The position numbers were made by a program, and so were the translations under genes. The notes beneath the pieces are model-generated. The model was not told the origin of the DNA. It was given only the letters and a program-made list of their open reading frames with translations, and made no database searches. From the IMG/VR virus record IMGVR_UViG_3300049793_000038, positions 1 through 57,732 of that record: a stretch of 57,732 nt of DNA. One strand, written 5' to 3'. Origin of the DNA: a virus. Lineage: Duplodnaviria > Caudoviricetes. Shown here in pieces: positions 8,343-18,244 of this stretch. Position 1 is the first letter of the stretch. Each line of letters begins with the position of its first letter.

Positions 8343-10034
8343 ATGGAAATAGATTTTGAACTAAAACCACTTGCACGGTATTGCACCAAATGTCCTAGGT
8401 GCAGTATGGTGCGAAAGAAACAAAGTACGAAGTCATTAAGCGTTTTCAGGGACGGTGATAGTTTTATACGTGTGAAGTGTAATCATGATTCAGAATGTGA
8501 TTACGGTAAAATGACACGGTTTAAAGATCCCGAACCTGATTTAGATTTAAAAGAAACAGTTGTGCAGGAAGACTTGATACTAACGGTTATCGATAGTGAC
8601 GCTGAACTACCGAAAACTTGGCAGAATGGGACTGTTTACTGGTATAAGGATGTTTTAGGTAGAGCACAGTATGGTGTTATTCGATACCCAAGTAAAGCCT
8701 TTGCCCCCTTAGTTATGTTAAAGAGTGGTGAATGGCGCGGGGGTGCTGGAGTTAAGTATCCCACAGGTCAGTCATTGTTTGGAGCTGAAGGCCTTCAAGG
8801 TAAGTCCAAAGTAATTATTGTTGAGGGCGAGAAATCCGCAGTAGCAGGTCAAGAAAAGTTTAAGAATACTGAGTATGCAGTTGTAACTTGGCGTGGGGGG
8901 TCTAATAGTGTAAATAACGGGGCGTGGAATTTACTTAAAGGTAAACGTGAAATAGTTCTGTGGCCCGACAATGATCTACCAGGTATTAAAGCAATGCAAG
9001 AGATTGCTAAATTATTACCAGCTAGCACGGTTAAGTTATTAGATGTATCGCACTTACCAGCTGGTTCGGATGTTGCAGATGACCCAAGTAAAGAGGATGT
9101 GGCTAAAGCCTTTGCAAATGCCTCTTTATTATCAAACACTGAGCGCGCTCCTATGACTCTGGATCAGATTAAGGCGCAGAATGAGTTTTTGAATAAGTAT
9201 AAACTCACTGGCTTTCCTGTTCTAGATGTTAATTTAAAGTTGCCGCCTTCTGGTGTATTTATTGTTGAGGGAAGGACTGGGCATGGAAAGTCGGCTTTTG
9301 CTATTAACCTTGCAGATAACTTTATTAAGGCTGGCAACAGAGTCGTTATCTTTAGCTATGAGATGCCGGCATCAAGGATACTGGGAAGATTAGTGCGTAT
9401 TAGTAATCCCGATATACCGGTAGCTGAAGCATTGATGGATGAACATGTACCGGAGTATTTGATTGAATCCATAAAGACAGGGCAGCTTGAGATCTATGAT
9501 CAGTCTGCACAGTTTAAAGCGAATGATCTAGTACAACTTCTGGATTCACCAGAGTATAACGATGCTTTAATAGTATTAGATTACATTCAGATTGTTCCGA
9601 TGTCGGGGGCTAGGTATGAAAAGCATGAGGCCATAAAGGAGCAGCTTATGGACCCACTAAGGGTAGCAGCTAATAACCATGGGTTTCTGGTTGCTGCCTT
9701 AAGTCAGTTGACACCAAATTACGCATCCCCCGAGCTAGATAGCCCTAGGGAATGTAGAGATATACATATGTCAGCTGAAGCAGTGTTTAGAGTTTGGAAT
9801 AGAGACTCGTTTGCAACACACCCTATTTACGATGCTATTGATAGTAATTATGCATTACATGTTATAAAGAATAGGGATGGGGAATCTAATCAAGTGTTTA
9901 ATTGCTCGTTAACTGGAGGCGTGCTTGTTACTCCGAAGTCTTTAATGACACCTAAAGAAGTTCTACAGCATTTAAAGAATGCTAGAAACAATAGAAACAA
10001 GATGCCAACTGCAACATCTACGGAGGCGTTCTAA
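8343..10034 (+). CDS. Primase-helicase (Zn finger + TOPRIM + SF4 DnaB-like)
   Basis: CPRC..CNH..C; IVEGEKSA; WPDND; Walker A GRTGHGKS; LDYIQ; LSQL; start moved to the ATG after GGAGG. Confidence 0.92.
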   Translation: MEIDFELKPLARYCTKCPRCSMVRKKQSTKSLSVFRDGDSFIRVKCNHDSECDYGKMTRFKDPEPDLDLKETVVQEDLILTVIDSDAELPKTWQNGTVYWYKDVLGRAQYGVIRYPSKAFAPLVMLKSGEWRGGAGVKYPTGQSLFGAEGLQGKSKVIIVEGEKSAVAGQEKFKNTEYAVVTWRGGSNSVNNGAWNLLKGKREIVLWPDNDLPGIKAMQEIAKLLPASTVKLLDVSHLPAGSDVADDPSKEDVAKAFANASLLSNTERAPMTLDQIKAQNEFLNKYKLTGFPVLDVNLKLPPSGVFIVEGRTGHGKSAFAINLADNFIKAGNRVVIFSYEMPASRILGRLVRISNPDIPVAEALMDEHVPEYLIESIKTGQLEIYDQSAQFKANDLVQLLDSPEYNDALIVLDYIQIVPMSGARYEKHEAIKEQLMDPLRVAANNHGFLVAALSQLTPNYASPELDSPRECRDIHMSAEAVFRVWNRDSFATHPIYDAIDSNYALHVIKNRDGESNQVFNCSLTGGVLVTPKSLMTPKEVLQHLKNARNNRNKMPTATSTEAF

Positions 10035-10047
10035 TGAAATTAAAGGT

Positions 10048-10479
10048 ATGGTAATGGAAAAGCCTATTACAGTTGGTAAGTTAAAACATTTACCATATCC
10101 TAGAATGCTTATACAAGCTTTCCAGGCATTGTTTGATGATTCTGATGTTATTACGTTTTGGCCTTTAGAGTTAGGGACTGGTTTAACCGCTGTGTTTCAC
10201 ATTGTTAAAGTTCCAGACCTTATACTACATAGGTATGAGTTTGTAAAATCAGAGTTTATATTTATGGAACCGTACACAGATCTTTACCTTAGAGACTTTA
10301 TGGAATTTCTAGTGAGCATTGAAGAAAGGTTAGAAGGTGATGATTTATTGGATAAAATTAGTTGGTTGGATAATAGAACTACTGAAACAAAAGAGTTCGA
10401 AGCCCTCCGACATTTCTACTGGTATAAACACGGATATGCAGCCTATCCCTTTACAGAGGAGTCTAGTGATAATGACTAA
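10048..10479 (+). CDS. Hypothetical protein
   Basis: ORF fills the gap after the helicase; start uncertain (10048 or 10054). Confidence 0.6.
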   Translation: MVMEKPITVGKLKHLPYPRMLIQAFQALFDDSDVITFWPLELGTGLTAVFHIVKVPDLILHRYEFVKSEFIFMEPYTDLYLRDFMEFLVSIEERLEGDDLLDKISWLDNRTTETKEFEALRHFYWYKHGYAAYPFTEESSDND

Positions 10480-10897
10480 TCAACCCCAAGGCCTAAAGCA
10501 TGATGAAGGTAAATTAAGGTTAGACTTAATACCTCCAACCCTAGAAGAAGCCGTAGCTAGGGTGCTGATGAATGGTGCCTTGAAGTATGAAGATAATAAC
10601 TGGTTGAAGGGTGTACCGTTCTCAAAGAACTATGGTGCAGCTAAGCGTCATCTGGATAAGTGGTATCGTGGTGTTGACTTTGATGCTGAGTCTGGTTTAA
10701 ACCACTTAGCACATGCCATTACAGACTTAATGATGATACTACACTTCCAAATGCTTAACGATACCTCTTGTGACGACCGTCCGTACAAAGGTTTACCACT
10801 AGCTCCAGAGGCCTTACCGGTTGATGAACCTACTGTGCCTGAGATAACTGCACCTATTGAAGCCATTGAAGGGGAAACTAGTACTAATGGAAATTAA
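10472..10897 (+). CDS. dATP/dGTP pyrophosphohydrolase-like (DUF5664-type) protein
   Basis: KHDEGKLRLDLIP, GALKYEDNNW, RHLDKW, DAESGLNHLAHA; start after GAGGAG. Confidence 0.82.
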   Translation: MTNQPQGLKHDEGKLRLDLIPPTLEEAVARVLMNGALKYEDNNWLKGVPFSKNYGAAKRHLDKWYRGVDFDAESGLNHLAHAITDLMMILHFQMLNDTSCDDRPYKGLPLAPEALPVDEPTVPEITAPIEAIEGETSTNGN

Positions 10898-11660
10898 CTC
10901 AACTGATATCACTAGAAAAATACTTTTCTTAGACATCGAGAACATTGCAAGACCAGAGAATATATTTAGAACATCAGGTAAGTGGCAACGACCGGCTGGG
11001 TTTAGTTCGGATCTCGCGTACATACTGTGCTTTGGATATAAGTGGTTGCATGAACCTGAGGCTAAGTGTATACTTAAAGATAAGAAACTATTTAAAAGTA
11101 ACCCCATAGGGGATGCTGAACTAATGCAACCAATATATGATGTTATAAAGGAAGCTGATGTTGTAGTATCTTGGTATGGGGCTGGCCATGACATGCCGTT
11201 TACAACAGCTCGATTAGCGGCATCTGGGTTGTATTTAGATAGAAAGATTCCGCACTTGGATCTATATAAGACTGCTAAGTCGGCTTTCTCTATGTCTAGT
11301 AACCGCCTGGACGCTGTGGCTGAATTCCTTGGGGCTGAGCGTAAGGATAAAATCAGTTATGCTAACTGGCCAATGACATGGGCGGGTGATTGGGATGCAT
11401 ACAAGCTTATTGCTGATTACTGTGAACAGGATGTATTAGTTCTAGAGTCACTGTATCATAAGATGCTTCCACTGGTAACTAATCATCCTAACATGGTTAA
11501 GCCAAAGTCCTTTAAAGAGCCGTGTGGTCAATGTACAAAGTGCGGCAGCACTAATGTTATTAAGGCTGGGTTTTGGATTGCTAACCAAGCTACTTATCAG
11601 AAGTATGCTTGTAAGAATTGTCACAGTCATGTTAAAGGTGAAAAAGTTGACAGGTTCTAA
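10887..11660 (+). CDS. RNase H-fold/DEDD 3'-5' exonuclease with a C-terminal Zn ribbon
   Basis: LFLDIE, WYGAGHDMPF, HLDLY, YCEQDV; CTKC...CKNC. Confidence 0.85.
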   Translation: MEINSTDITRKILFLDIENIARPENIFRTSGKWQRPAGFSSDLAYILCFGYKWLHEPEAKCILKDKKLFKSNPIGDAELMQPIYDVIKEADVVVSWYGAGHDMPFTTARLAASGLYLDRKIPHLDLYKTAKSAFSMSSNRLDAVAEFLGAERKDKISYANWPMTWAGDWDAYKLIADYCEQDVLVLESLYHKMLPLVTNHPNMVKPKSFKEPCGQCTKCGSTNVIKAGFWIANQATYQKYACKNCHSHVKGEKVDRF

Positions 11661-11685
11661 TATATAAATCATGGAGGTTCAGCAT

Positions 11686-11937
11686 ATGGGTGTTATGAAT
11701 AAAACAACAGTGGATAACTATAAGAAGACGTTGACATCTTATGCGGAACTGTATGAGCTCTTTAGTACAGGCAAGCGCAAAGGGAAGATGTCTTTTGTGA
11801 ATGATGAGAAGTTGGTTAAAGAAGTTATGCAGATGGCTGCTTATTTGAGGATGTTGGAAGCTCTATATCCTACCCTTAAAGATTATAAGCCAGCAAGCTA
11901 TAAAGCTATCTATTATTCTATTAAGAAAGGAAAGTGA
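11686..11937 (+). CDS. Hypothetical protein
   Basis: ATG after a GGAGG RBS. Confidence 0.65.
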   Translation: MGVMNKTTVDNYKKTLTSYAELYELFSTGKRKGKMSFVNDEKLVKEVMQMAAYLRMLEALYPTLKDYKPASYKAIYYSIKKGK

Positions 11938-11939
11938 TT

Positions 11940-12299
11940 ATGGCTAAATCTACAAAGCCCTTTAAGCAGTATATAACAACACATTCCAAATATCACCCGT
12001 GGGATTACACGTTTCTCTATAGACATATCTATGTATCTTTGAAGGATATGAAGCCCTTTATCATTGGTAAGAATTCTAATCATGTTATTTCTAAACGATT
12101 TATACGAACTTTTAAAGAAGCCCTGGAGCTAGCTAGACGCGTATCTAAAGGTAAGGTTCACAGTAAAGGGTTTCCCTCTAGATACAGGACAGTAGACCAC
12201 GAAGTTAGAGATAGAATACGTAACGGAAGTAAAGAAGAGAAGATGATAGCTAAATTATTGTATTTAATTTATAAACATTCCCAACGTTGGTGGGATTAG
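11940..12299 (+). CDS. Hypothetical basic protein
   Basis: AAAGGA RBS; operon packing. Confidence 0.65.
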   Translation: MAKSTKPFKQYITTHSKYHPWDYTFLYRHIYVSLKDMKPFIIGKNSNHVISKRFIRTFKEALELARRVSKGKVHSKGFPSRYRTVDHEVRDRIRNGSKEEKMIAKLLYLIYKHSQRWWD

Positions 12300-12302
12300 C
12301 TA

Positions 12303-12332
12303 TTGACTTTAGTGTATAAACCCTTATATCAT
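12303..12332 (+). promoter_or_regulatory. sigma70-like promoter for the phoH operon
   Basis: TTGACT-N16-TATATCAT in the intergenic gap. Confidence 0.6.
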
Positions 12333-12375
12333 GTAATGTAATAGTAGTTTTACCTATTCACATGAGGAGACAGAT

Positions 12376-13167
12376 ATGGCCAGACGTCATGTAAACACAG
12401 ACGCCGAATCAGGTTATAGTGCATCCCGACGAAAAGAGCCCCCAAGGAAACGTACAAAAGAAGACAAGGGTTTTCATAAAACTACACAAGCTGCTGAGAC
12501 CAGGCTTGCGTCTAAACAAGTAGTTCCCCAAACTGATAATCAACAGATACTGTGGGACACACTAAACTCACGTACCTTGACGATGGTAACCGGTCCTGCT
12601 GGTTCTGGTAAAACATACCTTGCTGTTCATGCAGCGGCACAAGCATTAGCTCGTAAAGAAGTTAATCAGATACTGGTATCTAGAACCATGGCAACTGTTG
12701 GTGCGGAGATAGGGCACTTACCAGGAACTGAGGTTGAGAAGATGGCGCCCTACGTAGCCCCTATGTTGGAGGCGCTAAATGAGTTCTTTGGTAAGTATGA
12801 AGTTGAGAAGATGATTAAGGCTGAGATCATTAAGATTGTGCCTGTAGCCTTGTTACGTGGTTATACCTTTAAGCACTCTTACGTACTTATAGATGAAGCA
12901 CAGAACATGACAGCACATGAGCTTAAGACCGTACTCACTCGTTTAGGTGAAGGATCTAAGATGGCTGTTATGGCCGACGTTGCGCAGGTAGATTGTACCC
13001 ATAGGAACTTCAATAGCGGGCTATTAGATTTTATGAATCGCTTACTTGTTTATACCCAGTCTGTAGCCTCAGAATTTATTGGTGTGGTTACTTTGACAAA
13101 TGACGATGTGGTTAGATCCGCGATTGTTAGAGAAATACTGGAAATATATGATGTAGAGGTGTGCTGA
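12376..13167 (+). CDS. phoH: PhoH-family ATPase
   Basis: GPAGSGKT, GHLPG, LRGYTF, IDEAQN, LTRLGEGSK, DVVRS. Confidence 0.95.
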   Translation: MARRHVNTDAESGYSASRRKEPPRKRTKEDKGFHKTTQAAETRLASKQVVPQTDNQQILWDTLNSRTLTMVTGPAGSGKTYLAVHAAAQALARKEVNQILVSRTMATVGAEIGHLPGTEVEKMAPYVAPMLEALNEFFGKYEVEKMIKAEIIKIVPVALLRGYTFKHSYVLIDEAQNMTAHELKTVLTRLGEGSKMAVMADVAQVDCTHRNFNSGLLDFMNRLLVYTQSVASEFIGVVTLTNDDVVRSAIVREILEIYDVEVC

Positions 13168-13718
13168 TGCCAGCAGAGGTATTCGGAGATGGGGACATAT
13201 TTGATCGCTTAACAATTATAGGATGTTACCATGAGAAAGTAGGTTTTAAGTGGAAACATTTATGTCAGTGTGAATGTGGGGTTGTTAAGTCAGTGTATGG
13301 CACAGATATGCAACAAGGGAAGACTAGAAGTTGTGGATGCCTAAATAGAGAGAGCTCTACTAAAAGAAATACGACCCACGGTCATGGAGGTATGACTGGA
13401 GGTAGTAACAATTCTATCACATATACCACGTGGCAATCCATGAAAGCTAGGTGCTATAACGTCAACCAGAACTGTTATTATCATTATGGAGGTAATGGCA
13501 TAACCGTTTGTGACAGCTGGAAAGATGATTTTGCTCAATTTCTTAAGGATATGGGAGAACGCCCCAGTAGGGATTACTGCTTAGATAGGGTTGACTCTGA
13601 AAAGAATTACGAACCTGGAAATTGTCGATGGGTGACTAAAGCAGACAATGCCAGGTTTGCAGTTATGAAACGAGAAGAAAACATTCGCAAGAGGAAAGAA
13701 TTAGATGAGTTCGAATAA
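13167..13718 (+). CDS. HNH homing endonuclease-like protein
   Basis: SCGC, WQSMKARC, YGGNGITVCDSW, LDRVDSEKNYEPGNCRW. Confidence 0.88.
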   Translation: MPAEVFGDGDIFDRLTIIGCYHEKVGFKWKHLCQCECGVVKSVYGTDMQQGKTRSCGCLNRESSTKRNTTHGHGGMTGGSNNSITYTTWQSMKARCYNVNQNCYYHYGGNGITVCDSWKDDFAQFLKDMGERPSRDYCLDRVDSEKNYEPGNCRWVTKADNARFAVMKREENIRKRKELDEFE

Positions 13719-14598
13719 TATAAAAGTGCTTAGTTTAGACGGCGGTGGCGTTCGTGGTTTACATACATTAGCAGTGCTACAAGAATTAGAAACAACTTAT
13801 GGGTTTAAAGTTAAAGATCATTTTGATGTCTTTGGAGGCACTTCAACTGGAGGCCTTCTAGCTGTTCTATATGCAGCTGGTTATGAGACCAGTGACCTGT
13901 TGAATCTTTATAATGTTGAGATACCAAAGATATTTACAAAAGGTGTGTGGCGCAAGGTGACCTCAGGGTTTGGCTTGTTTGATGAGAAGTATTCCAACAA
14001 AGCACTAAGTGCAGCGGCAATGAAGTATGTTGGTACCACTACAATGAACGAATTGAAGAAACCAGCATATGTTACGACAGTAGACATTACATCTACTATG
14101 ACCAAGGTTATTGGACCCGATAGCCAGATGCTTGCCAGGCTAGCGGTGTTATCTACATCTGCAGCGCCTACCTACTTCCCGCCTGTTAGTGTTGGGGATA
14201 CAGCATTAGTTGATGGAGGCTTGGTTGCTAACAATCCGTCAGTAGCGCTTATAACAGAAGTTATGAAAGACCATAAGCTAAAGACACCTGTGAAGATACA
14301 AATGCTTTCTGTTGGGACCGGTTATTGCCCTCATGGTATTACGTTAAAGCGGGCTGAGGGAATGGGCGCACTTGAGTGGGCCGGCCCTATATCGGGAACT
14401 ATGATGTCCGTGCAATCGGGATTCTATCATGACATAGCTAAGGTACTACTTGGTAAAAATTACCTACGGATTAACTCAGAGATGCCTCATGATGTCGCTC
14501 TTGATAGTCTTGACAAGGATGATTGGGACTTGCTTATGGAAATTGGTAAAGAGACTGCAAAGTCTACTTTGAAAGCGGACTTAGAGTTTATATTGTAA
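13705..14598 (+). CDS. Patatin-like phospholipase
   Basis: LSLDGGGVRG, GTSTG nucleophile elbow, SAAPTYF, DGGLVANNP. Confidence 0.93.
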   Translation: MSSNNIKVLSLDGGGVRGLHTLAVLQELETTYGFKVKDHFDVFGGTSTGGLLAVLYAAGYETSDLLNLYNVEIPKIFTKGVWRKVTSGFGLFDEKYSNKALSAAAMKYVGTTTMNELKKPAYVTTVDITSTMTKVIGPDSQMLARLAVLSTSAAPTYFPPVSVGDTALVDGGLVANNPSVALITEVMKDHKLKTPVKIQMLSVGTGYCPHGITLKRAEGMGALEWAGPISGTMMSVQSGFYHDIAKVLLGKNYLRINSEMPHDVALDSLDKDDWDLLMEIGKETAKSTLKADLEFIL

Positions 14599-14620
14599 CC
14601 CATAATAGATGGAGGTTCAC

Positions 14621-14869
14621 ATGACTAAAGTAGTTGACGTTAGTTGGATTGAAGAGAACGTTTACATGGTCACATACAATGGAGTGGTGTACTGTGTGGA
14701 AACTAATACCAACAACACTGAATCTCCAATTTCTATACATGTTAATGGATCATTACGTGGGATTGAGCTTAGAACTGATGAAGGTTTATATGCTTGTGAT
14801 ATAGATTACTCAGGGCAATATAAATTAGAACAGGTAGAAGACAGTAATGGAAATCCATTAAGTATTTGA
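14621..14869 (+). CDS. Hypothetical protein
   Basis: ATG after a GGAGG RBS. Confidence 0.65.
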   Translation: MTKVVDVSWIEENVYMVTYNGVVYCVETNTNNTESPISIHVNGSLRGIELRTDEGLYACDIDYSGQYKLEQVEDSNGNPLSI

Positions 14870-14882
14870 AATTGAGGTAAGT

Positions 14883-16796
14883 ATGAGCTATAATGAAACT
14901 AGAGAAGTGCCTTTTGGGCCTATAGGAGAGGTTGTCTTCTATAGGACCTATGCTAGGCGTATTGATGACGATGTGCCGGATGTGAAAGAAACATTTGAAC
15001 AAACTATTGATAGAGTATTAGATGGTTGTGAAAAGCAATTAAAAATCCCATACACAGCTAAAGAGAGGGAAGAAGTACGCAATACCCTACTGTCTCTTAA
15101 AGGGATGGTAGCGGGTAGGTTCTTATGGCAATTAGGCACCTCCACTGTAGATAGATTGGGCTTCATGTCTCTTATGAACTGCGCAGCTTGTGTAGTTGAT
15201 GAGCCTGTTAGGCCCTTCACATGGACGTTTGATGCCCTAATGGTGGGATCTGGGGTAGGATACAATTTACAACTTAAACATGTGTACTCACTGCCAAGAG
15301 TAAAGAAGATACCATTTATTAAACACTTACCTATAAAAGATGCTGATTTCATTGTACCAGATAGCAGAGAAGGCTGGGTTGAGCTTCTAAGACGTGTTCT
15401 AGAAGCTTATTTTATTACTGGTGAGGGTTTTACATACAGCACCATACTAGTACGAGGGGCCGGTGAAGTTATTAAAGGCTTTGGAGGCACTGCCAGCGGA
15501 CCGGGAATTCTTATTGACGGTATTGGTCGTATCCAGAAAGTTTTACAAACACGTGTTGGCCAGAAGGTTTCTCCACTTAACGTATTAGACATAATGAACA
15601 TTATAGGTAGTGTTGTAGTAGCTGGTAACGTAAGGCGTAGCGCTCAGTTAGCTATTGGGGATCTCATAGATACTAACTACCTGAACTCAAAGAACTGGGG
15701 GGAGGGTAATATACCTAATCATAGGTCTATGTCTAATAACTCAGTTGTTGTTAAGAGAATACAGGACATACCTGAATCATTTTGGGAAGGCTATAAGGGT
15801 AATGGTGAACCTTTCGGGCTAATAAATATACCGCTGTCAAAGAAGTGTGGAAGGTTAGGGGACTTTCAGTATACTGATCCCGATGTTGAGATTTATAATC
15901 CGTGTGCAGAACAAAGCTTAGAGAACTATGAGGTTTGCGCGCTTGGCGAGTGTTATTTACCAAACCATACCTCTAAAGAAGAACTATCAAATACGGTTAA
16001 GATCCTGTATAGAATCATAAAACACTCATTGCGCCTTCCGTGCCACATGCCAGAGACAGAAGCTGTTGTACATAAGAACATGCGCATGGGTATTGGTATG
16101 ACTGGCTATATGCAAGCGACAGAAGATCAGAAGTCCTGGTTACCTGAGGTATATGAGCAGTTACGGGCATATGATAAGCTGTACTCAGCAAAGATGGGCT
16201 GGCCAGAATCAATTAAATTAAGCACCTGTAAGCCCTCTGGAACATTAAGTTTGTTGGCAGGGGTAACGCCAGGAGTTCATCCTGGCTTTAGTCATTACCA
16301 CATTAGGCGTGTTCGCATGCGTACAGATGATCCTATTGTGTTAAAATGTAAGAAGGCCGGATACCATGTTGAGTATCAAGAAGGTTTTGATGGTAAACCA
16401 CAGTATGAGACATCTATAGTGTCTTTCCCTTGTAGCTTTCCATTAAGCACTGTAGTTGCTTCTCAGATTACAGCTATTGACCAATTAGAAGCAGTAAAGA
16501 GACTGCAGACAGACTGGTCTGATAACAGTGTATCATGTACGGTATACTACAAGCTAGAAGAACTACCAACCATACGTAAGTGGTTAGAAGAGAACTATGA
16601 ACATAGCGTTAAGACTATATCGTTCTTACTTCATTCTGGTCATGGATTTAAACAAGCCCCACTAGAAGAGATAACAGAAGAGCAGTACAATGAGATGACA
16701 GCTAGAATAGTAGAGCCATTAGATTTTAGTAGCGTTGGCGATGATGATGGAAATAACCTTTTCGAATGTGAGGCGGGCATCTGTCCGGTAAAGTAG
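14883..16796 (+). CDS. nrdJ: Class II (B12-dependent) ribonucleotide reductase
   Basis: RTYAR, GRFLW, GNVRRSA, NPCAEQ, KPSGT, C-terminal CEAGICPVK; no nrdB partner. Confidence 0.92.
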   Translation: MSYNETREVPFGPIGEVVFYRTYARRIDDDVPDVKETFEQTIDRVLDGCEKQLKIPYTAKEREEVRNTLLSLKGMVAGRFLWQLGTSTVDRLGFMSLMNCAACVVDEPVRPFTWTFDALMVGSGVGYNLQLKHVYSLPRVKKIPFIKHLPIKDADFIVPDSREGWVELLRRVLEAYFITGEGFTYSTILVRGAGEVIKGFGGTASGPGILIDGIGRIQKVLQTRVGQKVSPLNVLDIMNIIGSVVVAGNVRRSAQLAIGDLIDTNYLNSKNWGEGNIPNHRSMSNNSVVVKRIQDIPESFWEGYKGNGEPFGLINIPLSKKCGRLGDFQYTDPDVEIYNPCAEQSLENYEVCALGECYLPNHTSKEELSNTVKILYRIIKHSLRLPCHMPETEAVVHKNMRMGIGMTGYMQATEDQKSWLPEVYEQLRAYDKLYSAKMGWPESIKLSTCKPSGTLSLLAGVTPGVHPGFSHYHIRRVRMRTDDPIVLKCKKAGYHVEYQEGFDGKPQYETSIVSFPCSFPLSTVVASQITAIDQLEAVKRLQTDWSDNSVSCTVYYKLEELPTIRKWLEENYEHSVKTISFLLHSGHGFKQAPLEEITEEQYNEMTARIVEPLDFSSVGDDDGNNLFECEAGICPVK

Positions 16797-16820
16797 TGTA
16801 ACAATGGAGGGATCAGGAAT

Positions 16821-17063
16821 ATGATAGTAGAAGTGAATACTAAAGGCTTATCTAAAGACAAGAGAAGACTGTTGTATCCTGAGTCCTTTCTAGAATACGA
16901 TAAGACTGGACTGCTGTATTACTCCTCTAATACCCCTGAGTTTATCTTGGGGGCAGCTGTTAAAGCTGGAGATCCATACAAGGTAAGTGGTCGACACATT
17001 ACCATATATGACTTGATTGCAAAGAAGGCGGATAGTCAATTAGGGGATTATAATGACTATTAG
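16821..17063 (+). CDS. Hypothetical protein
   Basis: GGAGG/AGGA upstream; operon packing. Confidence 0.65.
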   Translation: MIVEVNTKGLSKDKRRLLYPESFLEYDKTGLLYYSSNTPEFILGAAVKAGDPYKVSGRHITIYDLIAKKADSQLGDYNDY

Positions 17064-17307
17064 TCCAAATGTATTTCAGTATGTAGCAACCTTCCTTGGA
17101 ATTATTGGTATTGGAACTCTTAATTTCTTTCCACGCTATATAAGATATGGACAGGTGACCCTTATTATGTGCAGCTTTTGTTGGATAATATATGGATTTC
17201 ATAAAGATGAATTTATGGTATGCTTCTCACAGGCTGTGTATATGTGCTTTTCAGGGATAGGTATCTATCGCTGGTCAGAGGTTAATATTAATGCAAAGGA
17301 TCACTAG
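17053..17307 (+). CDS. Small 3-TM membrane protein, possibly a PnuC-like half transporter
   Basis: Three hydrophobic segments; WIIYG...Q..Y.....G.YRW pattern. Confidence 0.5.
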   Translation: MTISPNVFQYVATFLGIIGIGTLNFFPRYIRYGQVTLIMCSFCWIIYGFHKDEFMVCFSQAVYMCFSGIGIYRWSEVNINAKDH

Positions 17308-17731
17308 TATGGATAAATTCGAACCGATACACCAGCACTTACTTATTAAAGCCATAGTTAACACAGTTATGACAGATCCTAAACAGTTTAAGAAGATGCT
17401 GGTAGCATTAGTTCGATTTCTAGGGATGAAGGCGGTTACCAGGCCTCAAGCAGTTTATATTACAGCGGATGGTAATGAGGGTATAACTGGATCCATTAAT
17501 TTAGCTACATCCCATATCGCAGGTCATGTATGGGATACGTCAGAACTGTTAATGTTCGATATCTATTCTTGTAAACCTTTCGACAGTGATGCTGTAGTTG
17601 CTAAGTTAGCATCATACTTTGATGGGTTCAGAGATGTACATTGGCTCTATGTTGATAGAGAGAAGTTCAATGTGGCTCTTTACAGAGCTGATAACCTTGG
17701 TAATATACCAATTGAGCATACTAAGGAATAG
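17291..17731 (+). CDS. speD: S-adenosylmethionine decarboxylase-like proenzyme
   Basis: HLLI, GITGSINLATSHIAGHVW (T-SH instead of E-SH), FDIYSCKPFD. Confidence 0.8.
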   Translation: MQRITSMDKFEPIHQHLLIKAIVNTVMTDPKQFKKMLVALVRFLGMKAVTRPQAVYITADGNEGITGSINLATSHIAGHVWDTSELLMFDIYSCKPFDSDAVVAKLASYFDGFRDVHWLYVDREKFNVALYRADNLGNIPIEHTKE

Positions 17732-17752
17732 TCTGCGAAAGGAAAATACATT

Positions 17753-18184
17753 ATGATTAACATTAAACTATGTCATAAGGATGCAAAGGTTCCGACACAA
17801 GCGTCTGTAGGCTCTGCTGGCTATGATCTTTATTCATGTGAAGAACTAGTTATCCCGTATGGGGGCATAGAGTTTGTGCGCACTGGTATTAGTGTACAGC
17901 TGGCGAACACTGATGAGCATATAAAGATATGTAGTAGATCAGGGCTAGCTTCTAGAGGTATCTTTCTTATCAACGCTCCAGGTATAGTAGACAACGACTA
18001 CCGAGGAGAGATAATGTGTATTATAATGAACGTTAACCCATCTAGTGAGCCATATATTGTACACAGCGGTGATAGGATAGCTCAACTGCTAATTGAGAAA
18101 ACAATATCAACTGAGTTTAATGTAGTAGAGTCGCTTGACGCTACCGACAGGGGTACGGGCGGCTTTGGGTCTACGGGAACTTGA
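17753..18184 (+). CDS. dut: Trimeric dUTPase
   Basis: AGYDL, SRSGLA, GIVDNDYRGEI, RIAQL, RGTGGFGSTG. Confidence 0.96.
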   Translation: MINIKLCHKDAKVPTQASVGSAGYDLYSCEELVIPYGGIEFVRTGISVQLANTDEHIKICSRSGLASRGIFLINAPGIVDNDYRGEIMCIIMNVNPSSEPYIVHSGDRIAQLLIEKTISTEFNVVESLDATDRGTGGFGSTGT

Positions 18185-18244
18185 TTATTATGCTGTGCTG
18201 TAACTTGACTTTTCTGCTGCTAATTATGAAGGAGATAGACGATA

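Noticed and set aside
10472-10897. Evidence for a Z-base or 7-deazaguanine modified genome
   Set aside because: A DUF5664-type hydrolase is present, but no purZ, dpdA, folE or que genes were recognised
13167-13718. HNH genes as markers of group I introns or inteins
   Set aside because: Both HNH genes are free-standing between intact genes; polA, nrdJ, terL and the helicase show no interruption
13705-14598. A complete CBASS system
   Set aside because: No CD-NTase or Cap2/Cap3 genes nearby; neighbours are phoH, HNH and nrdJ
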